Below are positions 36,880 to 47,800 of a DNA stretch of 64,000 nucleotides, piece after piece. The DNA comes from Selaginella moellendorffii (lineage: Eukaryota > Plantae > Lycopodiophyta), in contig NW_003314283.1 in assembly GCF_000143415.4 (NCBI RefSeq), positions 1,936,258-2,000,257 on the forward strand. Reading direction: 5' to 3'. Each line of letters opens with the position of its first letter. The first letter of the stretch is position 1. The translations under genes were made by a program, and so were the position numbers. Below the pieces are notes generated by a model. The model ran no database searches. It worked only from the letters and a program-made list of their open reading frames with translations, and was not told the origin of the DNA.

Positions 36880-36975
36880 CGGTGATACATCACCTTAAAT
36901 TTCAAGCTTGTCAAGGAAACATGTGATACAATGGCAAACAGATTTCTTGTGTTCCTTGGTCATGGTATTCCAGCA
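36438..36975 (+). repeat. Tandem duplication of TMEM45 promoter plus first 15 codons
   Basis: 36438-36677 resembles 36690-36975; both end in ATGGCAAACAGATTTCT...ATTCCAGCA. Confidence 0.9.
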
Positions 36976-37722
36976 ATTGCGTTCATCTTTTGGGGACTCT
37001 TGCTTCTTCTCACGAATGCAGCATCTCGTTTTCGAGGCCATGAAAAACCTGGGCGACTCTCCCTCATTACAAAGCCAGCTGAGTTTTACATTCTCTTCCT
37101 TGGGAGTGCAGGAGTCATCACTTTCCACTGCATTCTTCAGCCAACACGAAGCTATCCTGACCTGGAGCACATCTCCATGGCTATTCCGTTCATGATCTAT
37201 GCACTCTGTTTACGTTCCAAGCTACACTTGCCAAGTGCTTTTGTAAGTCTCATGGAAGCAGCAGCGTTCGCCCAAGAACTCTTCCTCTTTCATTGGCATT
37301 CCACGGATCATGTCGGCGTGGAAGGACATTATCATATGCTTCTACAGCTCATTGTGACTGCCTGTATGTTCTCAAGCCTCGTGGAAGTGTTTGTGCCACA
37401 GAATCACAATGCCATGATGATCAAGTTTTGGAAGTCAATTTGTATCATCTTCCATGGCATTTGGCTGCTTCAGCTCTCATTACTTCTTGTGTTCCCAGCA
37501 ACGTTCCTGCCTCTGGGTTGCCAAGTGTTTGTTCGTCACCACCAAAAGATCGAGTGTGGCAGTGAAAACCTTGTCAACCAGTCCAAAGCTATGGGAACAT
37601 TGCTTTTCAGTTGGTACCTCTCTTTGTTGATGGTAGGAAGTGCAATATCCTATGCTGTTATTGAGAGAAAAACTCTATACAATATTAGTATATGGAATGA
37701 ACAGGATGAAGAGCTACCATAA
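36931..37722 (+). CDS. TMEM45/DUF716 family membrane protein, copy 2
   Basis: 263-aa ORF with a translation identical to copy 1. Confidence 0.9.
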   Translation: MANRFLVFLGHGIPAIAFIFWGLLLLLTNAASRFRGHEKPGRLSLITKPAEFYILFLGSAGVITFHCILQPTRSYPDLEHISMAIPFMIYALCLRSKLHLPSAFVSLMEAAAFAQELFLFHWHSTDHVGVEGHYHMLLQLIVTACMFSSLVEVFVPQNHNAMMIKFWKSICIIFHGIWLLQLSLLLVFPATFLPLGCQVFVRHHQKIECGSENLVNQSKAMGTLLFSWYLSLLMVGSAISYAVIERKTLYNISIWNEQDEELP

Positions 37723-38551
37723 CTTCCCTATAGTGAATAATTATAAAATGGAATTTAACCCTTGAACAAGGGCACCAGAACAGAATCTAAGTTTTAGAGC
37801 TAACAGTGAACAAAAGGATGAAGTTAAACTCTTAAGCATATAACAAAAAAATGAAGGAACATGAACATGGAGCAATATCATAATAGTTTTAGAGCATTTA
37901 GAATTCCAACTCTAAAATCAACATGCAAAACAAAGCTAGATGATTTTAGCATATTTATAGCAAAATACACCAACTAACATGGTAGAGTTTAGGCTTAGAT
38001 ATAAGCAAGATTCAAAACAAAAGATAGCACACCTAATGGGGAGATAAATAATATCTCAAGTAGTTCATACCTCAACCTACCCATTATCCCCATTATATTT
38101 GGAATTGCCCATATCCCCTACCCCATTATAAATGAATTAGAGAAAAGTTTATTAAAATTGAGGATTATTATAGAATATATATGGGTATCATAGATATATT
38201 CCCATTTTCCTTAAAGTGAAAAATAATTAACGTCATTCTTTTAATTTAAAACATTTTTCTAAATTTAAAATGTATGATCAAGATGACATCTTTGAAAGCT
38301 AGCATTTTATATTTAATTTTATATAGCTTGCTGTAGTTATAAACTTCTAAAGTAAAGAAGTTCCTTATTGAACAATTTCTGAAAAATATTTATTGTGCAT
38401 ATTGAACTTTTTCATGTATAATAATATTTATTTAGTTTTATATTATTAATTAATATAAATATTCTATAAAATATAAGTAAAATAATTTTTTTGATAATGC
38501 CATATATTAATATTAACATAGTTAATATTAATTAACTATGGATGGATATAA

Positions 38552-40935
38552 TTACGAAAATGGAATGGTTTTCGGACAAAGTGATAACACATTAGCCATT
38601 GGAAAAGTCTAAGAAAATTTGTGGAAAATTTTTCCATTCTAGAGAAAGAATGACTTTTAGTCCAGGAATACAAACTTTCAAGACTTAACCAACTTCCTTC
38701 TACTAACAACTTCACATAGGTTCACCTCAACACAAATTCTCATGACCCATAGTATGCTTAAGCCTCGAACATCTTTTGCTCATACCTCCAACATCCAAGT
38801 CCGACATCCGCAAAAATGCAAAGTGAACATCCAAGGTTTGATGACGAAGACCACATTTTCGGATATCCACATTGCACTAACACTCTTTTTAACCACCTTC
38901 AAGATCTAATGTGAAGCTAAAACACTAACAAGAAAAATGACATGGAAAATCAAGTTCTAAGGAAACTTCCTCATCACTTAAAATAAAAATGCCACTTCCA
39001 CTAACACAAGTGTTAGAAATGTTAATGCCTCAACCTCACACCTTCTCTATCCAACAATCTACAATCTACAAGTGTTAACGGATCAACTAATAACCTATAG
39101 CAAATGAATGCTATAACCCTTTCCAACACCTTATGGGCAAACCCTCAAGGAAACAAGGAACCAACTTAAGCTTAGCATAATGGACCACCATCGAGAATCC
39201 AGTCAAAGCTACTTCAATACTACTTTGTGCAAGTAGACTAGCTTCACCACCAACCACTTTGGGGTTAATCATTGTCTAACCAAGCAACATCGTAAACACA
39301 TTGCTCATTATCACATGGATATGATATGGAAATCACAATGTCTTGATCATCAATCAAGCAACACACGAGCAATGCTAATGTCATTACTTCAAAGGTTTAG
39401 GTGAGTATCAAGTGTCAACTCAATTCGACAAAATGCAACATAAATGCCACACTCCACCGATAGAGACTTACAACACCCAACACCACTAACTTTTGTTCAC
39501 AACACGGACAAACTCATGCCACTCTCTTTCCAACCAAACTCAAAACTAGTCCAACACCAAGCTACTCAAAGAGCAATAGCAAAGTTCCCTGGAAAAGAAT
39601 TGAGCATTGCAACCCAAGTCTTCAATAACAAGCCTAGACAAAATGGTTTAGCGCTTTACTGCTATCCACCCCATAACTGACCATTTGTAAGACCATCATC
39701 TCCAAGATGCATCAAGATAGGGACTCTTGATTACATACTATGAACACAAGCAATGAGTTAACACCTCGTTGTAAATCATCTCTCCAAGAAGAGAGAATGA
39801 TTTACGTGTTTGATCCTTCGTCCCCGATGACTCTTTTTTCGGTCTAATCTTTGATTACACCTCAAGTTTGCTTTCACACTGCCTTCAGTCCAATCCAAGA
39901 AAAGTTTATGAGAGAGCACAGCAACAATTACTTGAATCAATAGACTCATCCCTACAGTCTTGATTGATCCATTTGTAATCATGCCTAGGAAGGATCCATT
40001 AGTGCCGTGCTAAATAGCTACGAACCAGCTTATTTACCACTCATAGCAAACCCAGGGAAAGTTTACTTTCACCCATGGTACATGGAAAAACTCATAGAAC
40101 TACTGGAACAACTCATGGAACCACCGATAGGCTAACATTAATCCTGCCAACTCAAAGCATATCCTCGAGTTGCTAATGCACTCACGAGCCTAAGCGCAAA
40201 CTCGTGCAAATTGGAACAACTTAATCCCTCTTGTGAGCTCAAGCTCAAGCTCACATCATAAGGTACAAAAAGGTAACAAAAACCATACCCAAGGAACAAT
40301 TGCGAAGCCTTTACACCCAAGTGTGTACCCACTCGGATCATCGTTTTCATCTCTGCGTATGCAACAAGACTAGTTGCCCAATCTCATTGTATAGTACTCG
40401 CTGAGACTCATTCTCTGATACCAAATGTAGGGCACGTGGTTTTGACCCTTTATCCTATGGTGATTTACCATAGGATAACACCACGAAGCGAAACCTAAAC
40501 CCTCTTTATGCCACGTGACACATGCCATGTGTCCATGCCACGTGTCCACAGGACAGTGGTGTGGAACCTATGGTTCAGGGCCTTGGGCCACTGAACGAAG
40601 GAACGGTGCCATGGAACCAAGGAGTGACGAAACCGAACCACAGAGCAACTCCTGAGCATACATCCCAAGGAGCGAAGGAACAGGAGCCTAGAGCGACTTG
40701 GAACAGTCCTAGAGCAACCAGCATCCCAATGCCAAGACTAACACGCAAAACGGAGCCAAATGGAGTCTAGTGCTATTTCGGCATACCGGTGGCCTAATGC
40801 GAGAGCATGGGTACTCCACCAGCTAGCATGGAATGGAACTTGGGCTTAGACCCAAGCCGGACGTAGAACAAGGACAGGCACGCAAGCGGAAGCTAAACTA
40901 TGCCTCAGGTTGGTCGGCCATGCCTGACCTACCCA
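38552..40935 (-). mobile_element. Partial family-C element (internal region, PBS, half LTR)
   Basis: Homologous to 49180-51585; PBS complement CTCTGATACCA before the LTR end at 40426. Confidence 0.9.
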
Positions 40936-41657
40936 TGCTTCTTCTCACGAATGCAGCATCTCGTTTTCGAGGCCATGAAAAACCTGGGCGACTCTCCCTC
41001 ATTACAAAGCCAGCTGAGTTTTACATTCTCTTCCTTGGGAGTGCAGGAGTCATCACTTTCCACTGCATTCTTCAGCCAACACGAAGCTATCCTGACCTGG
41101 AGCACATCTCCATGGCTATTCCGTTCATGATCTATGCACTCTGTTTACGTTCCAAGCTACACTTGCCAAGTGCTTTTGTAAGTCTCATGGAAGCAGCAGC
41201 GTTCGCCCAAGAACTCTTCCTCTTTCATTGGTATTCCACGGATCATGTCGGCGTGGAAGGACATTATCATATGCTTCTACAGCTCATTGTGACTGCCTGT
41301 ATGTTCTCAAGCCTCGTGGAAGTGTTTGTGCCACAGAATCACAATGCCATGATGATCAAGTTTTGGAAGTCAATTTGTATCATCTTCCATGGCATTTGGC
41401 TGCTTCAGCTCTCATTACTTCTTGTGTTCCCAGCAACGTTCCTGCCTCTGGGTTGCCAAGTGTTTGTTCGTCACCACCAAAAGATCGAGTGTGGCAGTGA
41501 AAACCTTGTCAACCAGTCCAAAGCTATGGGAACATTGCTTTTCAGTTGGTACCTCTCTTTGTTGATGGTAGGAAGTGCAATATCCTATGCTGTTATTGAG
41601 AGAAAAACTCTATACAATATTAGTATATGGAATGAACAGGATGAAGAGCTACCATAA
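40833..41657 (+). CDS. LTR-TMEM45 fusion ORF / 5'-truncated TMEM45 copy 3
   Basis: 34 LTR-derived codons plus a junction ATG (40935) are in frame with TMEM45 from residue 25; one H->Y change (FHWYSTDH). Expression unknown. Confidence 0.55.
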   Translation: MELGLRPKPDVEQGQARKRKLNYASGWSAMPDLPMLLLTNAASRFRGHEKPGRLSLITKPAEFYILFLGSAGVITFHCILQPTRSYPDLEHISMAIPFMIYALCLRSKLHLPSAFVSLMEAAAFAQELFLFHWYSTDHVGVEGHYHMLLQLIVTACMFSSLVEVFVPQNHNAMMIKFWKSICIIFHGIWLLQLSLLLVFPATFLPLGCQVFVRHHQKIECGSENLVNQSKAMGTLLFSWYLSLLMVGSAISYAVIERKTLYNISIWNEQDEELP

Positions 41658-44073
41658 CTTCCCTATAGTGAATAATTATAAAATGGAATTTAACCCTTGA
41701 ACAAGGGCACCAGAACAGAATCTAAGTTTTAGAGCTAACAGTGAACAAAAGGATGAAGTTAAACTCTTAAGCATATAACAAAAAAATGAAGGAACATGAA
41801 CATGGAGCAATATCATAATAGTTTTAGAGCATTTAGAATTCCAACTCTAAAATCAACATGCAAAACAAAGCTAGATGATTTTAGCATATTTATAGCAAAA
41901 TACACCAACTAACATGGTAGAGTTTAGGCTTAGATATAAGCAAGATTCAAAACAAAAGATAGCACACCTAATGGGGAGATAAATAATATCTCAAGTAGTT
42001 CATACCTCAACCTACCCATTATCCCCATTATATTTGGAATTGCCCATATCCCCTACCCCATTATAAATGAATTAGAGAAAAGTTTATTAAAATTGAGGAT
42101 TATTATAGAATATATATGGGTATCATAGATATATTCCCATTTTCCTTAAAGTGAAAAATAATTAACGTCATTCTTTTAATTTAAAACATTTTTCTAAATT
42201 TAAAATGTATGATCAAGATGACATCTTTGAAAGCTAGCATTTTATATTTAATTTTATATAGCTTGCTGTAGTTATAAACTTCTAAAGTAAAGAAGTTCCT
42301 TATTGAACAATTTCTGAAAAATATTTATTGTGCATATTGAACTTTTTCATGTATAATAATATTTATTTAGTTTTATATTATTAATTAATATAAATATTCT
42401 ATAAAATATAAGTAAAATAATTTTTTTGATAATGCCATATATTAATATTAACATAGTGGAATTTTGATAGCCATAAAATTGATTTCAATTTGAACCACTT
42501 GCTCCTGTATATAAGCTAGGGTTTTGAGATTACACATTTTTGTATTCCATTTCCATATTTAATGCACTCATATTAGTGGAAGTGAAGGGTAATTCTAATT
42601 GTCTTTAAGGAGTGTTTGGTTTAGATTTAGCTTTTGCATTATCTAGATCTCTCTTATTTATGTAGCTTTTCAATTTCTTTTTTTCTTTTTATTTTTTTTG
42701 CTTTTTTCCATTCATCTTTATGGCAAAATAGTAACTTCCTCCTTCTTTGACTCTAGAGTAAAAGTTGGTGCAATTTCTCAATGCTATGTAATTGCAATTG
42801 AACAATCAGACTCAATTGATAGTGGCATTCATGGCATGTGGTGTATCTCTTACTATTGTTGCCCATCATTGAGTTCAGTTGGAGTTCTTTTGTGGGAATT
42901 TTGGGGATGATGTATATCATTAGTTTGATCACTTTATAGTGATTACCACTTATCATTTTTGGGATGATATTTAGTGTCTATATAATTTCCCCACATGTTT
43001 TAAAGGGATAGCATTGCAATGGTACAATGGTTTGAGCACAATCAAACAATTATTTAGACATATTGACAAGCCTTATAAGAATTGCATTATCTTTATTAGG
43101 GGTCATTTTCGTCAACGATGCAATTTTACTTCTAAATCCTCCTACTTTGTATATAGCCAATTATGTCGGAGCGGAATAAATTGGGAATATTGTGGCCAAT
43201 GCTTCAGCAATGTCTTATGGGACTCATATATGCACTAGCTCCAGTCACCTTAGACAACATTCTTTGACTAGCATAACATTATGGAACATCACTTCTTTCA
43301 CTTATTGTTGCATATGCTTTAATGCCACTTTTTGTGGGAGATGATCTTGTTCTGATAGAAGTTGATGCTATTGTTGCTTGTGTTCAAAGACAAGGGCAAG
43401 GACGTAGTTATGACCATAATGTTTATTGCTAGACATGTGATAAGGTTGGCCACACATATTTGTGTTGTTGACATTTTTTGATTAGCATCATCTATTTCCT
43501 AAGTGGAAGCTTTGGTATTAATAATGTCTTATTGGTGCTATGGTCTTGATGTAGAGATTCTTTTGAGAAATGAGAAGTTGCGCAAGTATTGGAGGATGCT
43601 TGAATGAATAAGTTATTGACCCCTTCATCTTTCTTTTGAGAGTACTATCAATGGGTTCACTCGGCACCAATTCATCTAGTTTTTACTTTCCAAGCTCGTT
43701 TTTACTTAATAGGGGTAGAGTTGAGACTAACAAAAAGGGTATGATAGCAAGGGTGTTTGACAGGCATGGTAAGCTATCATCCAACAATATTAAGATATTA
43801 ATCTCAATATGCAAGGGTTTTTATCAAGCCAGTGCAAGATAGAGAAAAAGAGAATTAATAAGCCGGGCCAAGTATGCTTGACTAAATAGACACTTAGGAA
43901 TTTTTTCCCTATGCTCGTCCGGCCAAGTATAAATGCAAAGTCTAGTTTACTAACACTTGAACTGATAAAGGGTCTAACAATACCAACCTCCTACGGTCAT
44001 CGTAGTAAGAAAAGAATATCTGAAAGGACTAGCTGATATGTAACTTTCGATACCTAAAGTTATATTTGCAACA

Positions 44074-44850
44074 GTTATTGCTCGTAAACCAATTTCTTGT
44101 ATCAATTGGGCAATTTGAAGAGTCAGTGCCAAAAGCAATGCATGTTGCTCCGGAATGATTAGGAGTCAAGTTCATTGTCTCGCATAAGTTCAAGTTCTTT
44201 AGCAATGCCATGTTTCTAGGGCTGTCGAGATCTAGGGATAAAGGGCTGTCAGTCAAGTTGGATTTACTATTGTGGAACTACTGTTACTCATACAAGTGGG
44301 ATCCACAGCTCAATTATTTTAAAGCTGGATTTTGTGAAGCTGCTAAGTGAAGCTGCAATCTTTTGAAAAAAGAGATTGAAAGTCTAGAGAGAGTAGGTTT
44401 CAAGCTAAAGACTTCCTCAAATGTTGCTATTGATACTATTATGCCACCAATGTCAACACTAGACCAGGATACACGACCAGCTAGGAATGGGAAGGCTGTA
44501 TAATATAAGTCTTCCATTTTGAAAGGTATGCAAGAAAAGATCAAGTTGGCAAACGAATTAAAGTGCACAATCACAAAGACAAATTACATCAATGCTATGG
44601 TTAAAGAGTTTGTTGTTGTGATTGAGTTGTCAAAAGATACGAGCTACACTATTAGAATATACAAAAATCCATCTTGTACCTGTCCAAATTTTACATAAAT
44701 GGAGAACATTGGAAAGATATATTTAGTCTGCAAGCACATTTAATACCTTTTTGTGCAAGAACTAAACCAAGATCCTAAGATCAACCATTACATCCACAAG
44801 CAAGCCTTACAGTTGCGGAGCTTGAGAAGTGTTTTTAGATTGCTTTTAAT
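44074..44850 (+). pseudogene. SWIM zinc-finger ORF remnant (MULE-like)
   Basis: PSCTCPNF...CKHI at ~44669-44740 with in-frame stops. Confidence 0.6.
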
Positions 44851-44897
44851 GTCTGGATCTATATTTATATTTGTATTTTATTTGTTGAATTTACTTG

Positions 44898-47800
44898 TGT
44901 AGTGCACGTGGTTTTGACCCTTTATCCTATGGTGATTTACCATAGGATAACACCACGAAGCGGAACCTAAACCCTCTTTATGCCACGTGACACATGCCAC
45001 ATGTCACATGCCACGTGTCCATGCCACGTGTCCACAGGACAGTGGTGTGGAACCTGTGGTTCAGGGCCTTGGGCCATTGAATGAAGGAACGGTGCCAGAC
45101 TCCCAAGTGTGGAGCCAAGGAGTGATGGAACTGAACCACGGAGTAACTCCCAAGCATACAACCCAAGGAGTGAAGGAACAAGAGCCTGGAGCGACTTGGA
45201 ACAGTCCTAGAGCAACCAGCATCCCAATGCCAGGACCAGCACACAAAACGGAGTCTGGCGCTATTTCGGCATACCGGTGGCCTAACGAGAGAGCATGGGT
45301 ACTGCACCGGCTAGCATGGAATGGAACTTGGGCTTAGACCCAAGCTGGACACAGAACAAGGACAGGCACGCAAGCGAAAGCTAGACTATGCCTCAGGTTG
45401 GTCGGCCATGCTCGACCTACCCACTATCCCTACTATACATTTAGAACCCCCGACAGGCCCCCCCACCCCTTGAGGAACACACGCTTTGGGCTTTCACCCC
45501 AAGCCTCCCTTAGTATCAGGAGTTAGTCTCTGGGACAAACTTGAAACTTACTAAATATGGAATGTCCTTAGATTGTGAAGTTGGACATGGGACGAACACC
45601 ATTGTGTTCAAGACAATCTCTACATTCTGTAGATATGCCAAATGAGCAAATCTAGACACTTTCCATAAATAGCATTTGGGACCGAATTGAGACTAACACA
45701 AAGGGCATGATAGCGAGGGTGTTTGGTAGACACGGTAAACTATCATGTAGCGATATTGAGGGACTAATCTCAATACGCAAGGGTTCTTGTCAAGCCAGTG
45801 CAAGACAGAGCAAAAGAGAACTAAAAAGCCGGGCCAAGTATGCTTGGCTGAATAGACACTTAGGAATTCCGTCCTTATGCTCATCCGGCCAAGTACAGAT
45901 GCAAAGTTCAGTTTACTAACACTTGAACAAGAGGGACTGATAAAGGGTCCAGCAATACCGACCTCCTGCCATCGTGGCAGTAAGGTAAGAGTGTTTGTAA
46001 GGACTAGCCGACAGATAACTTTCGATACCCGAAGTCACATTCGTGACACTCTCCCCCCCTAGGGAAGATCGACGTCCTCGTCGATGCATACTCGAGTCTA
46101 GAATACTGCCAAGGAAACAACTCTAGAAAAAATTCACAATATTCACACTATGTGAGAAATGCACCAATTGAAATGAGTTAGGAGACAACCTCTTTGTCTA
46201 ACGCGGATGCGCTACCAACTCAGACACCTTCTGGCCATCGCCGACAAGGAAATGACCAATGGAGTTAGCCACCATTGCTGCTCTGGGAGTCACCCAACTT
46301 ACAAAAGTGTGATATGCCCTTGCCCGCAGGAACATAGAGAGAGAAGCCAGAAGCCCCAACCTTCCTAAGCAAAGAAACCAAACCTGTCGGTAAGGTTTAG
46401 ATAGACTACTGTAAATAGGCAGTTAGAGTTGTTTACACGGTCACGCCCTTTTAACGGAATAAGGAACATCGACAGAGAGGCGGGTTATGTGACCAATCGA
46501 CAGTAGCTACCACATGACTAGAGATTTCAACATGCACACGAAGTGCCGAAGCCAATTTGCCTATTACTGGCCCAAACTCAAAGATCAATAAATGGACAAT
46601 ATCAAAGTCAGAGACAATGATATCTTAGAGACTTAATTACCAGTGATTAAATTTTAGATTAGAACACAAAAGTATTCCAAATAATTTATCATCCGATAAA
46701 CTAGTATTATAGTAGATAGGAACCACCAAGTTCATCAAAATTGGTAAACACAGGATTCACCATCCAACAAACTTCAATAGCAAGTATATCATCAAATAAA
46801 CTCAATGATGAAACTTAACTACTGAAAATAGCAGACAGTAAACCAACAATTTACTAAAGATAACTCAAAGAACACAAAGTATCTGATGATTCATGGATTG
46901 ACAAGCACAATGCTCGCGAATGTATCACCTGAAGGAAATAACATCCCAACCTATCAAAACTAACTCGAGCAATAATCAACAGAATAGAATGAATGTGGCA
47001 AGACCAACAAACACTCATTCATGCCAACTATCACACTAGCCAATCCGAATAGATCCCAGCTAACAACACTAAGGAACTCAAGTTGCCTAAGCAAATGTCA
47101 GCAACATCCTACTGATGTCTCAAACCCAAAAGACCAATCTAGAGCAAACCACAAAGAACATGTGGTATTGCGAAAAGCCAAAAGCCATCAAAGAGAACAA
47201 CTAACCATCATGAAAGATCATCAATTATCCCATCAAAAAGATATGCCAAATCATCGTAAAAAAAACAATCTACCATCCCGAAGAACAGTAAATCATTCTA
47301 TACCAACAATAATCAAGCAAAATCTTTTGACAAGGATAAACAACTATCCTAGATAATAGTTAGTCATCACCAATGATTGCTAGATGCAAAAGCCAACTTC
47401 AACATCGAAGCTAATGAGCCTAAATTCCTTCCCCAACAACTTCTAACAAATGGAATAATAAGTATGAAAACTCAAAGAACCAAAAGCTTAAAGAAGTCTA
47501 TAGCCAAGTCATGCATAACAATGATCACGAGTCTCGCATGAATTAACTTCAATGCTAAGAAGAAAATCATGGTATGACCCACAATATCCTCCTTAACACA
47601 TCTATAAGCTAAACTCCATAATGCAAAGCTAATGAAGAGCATGTCTGCATCAATCCAAAAGCTAAGCATAACAAAGCTATACTTGACAAGTGATCACCAA
47701 ATGATCCTCCATGAATCCATTTATAGCAAGACGTAACTCACTTCATAACAAGCACAAGAAGAATCATCAATGATCGATATATTTTAACTCAAACCCAATA

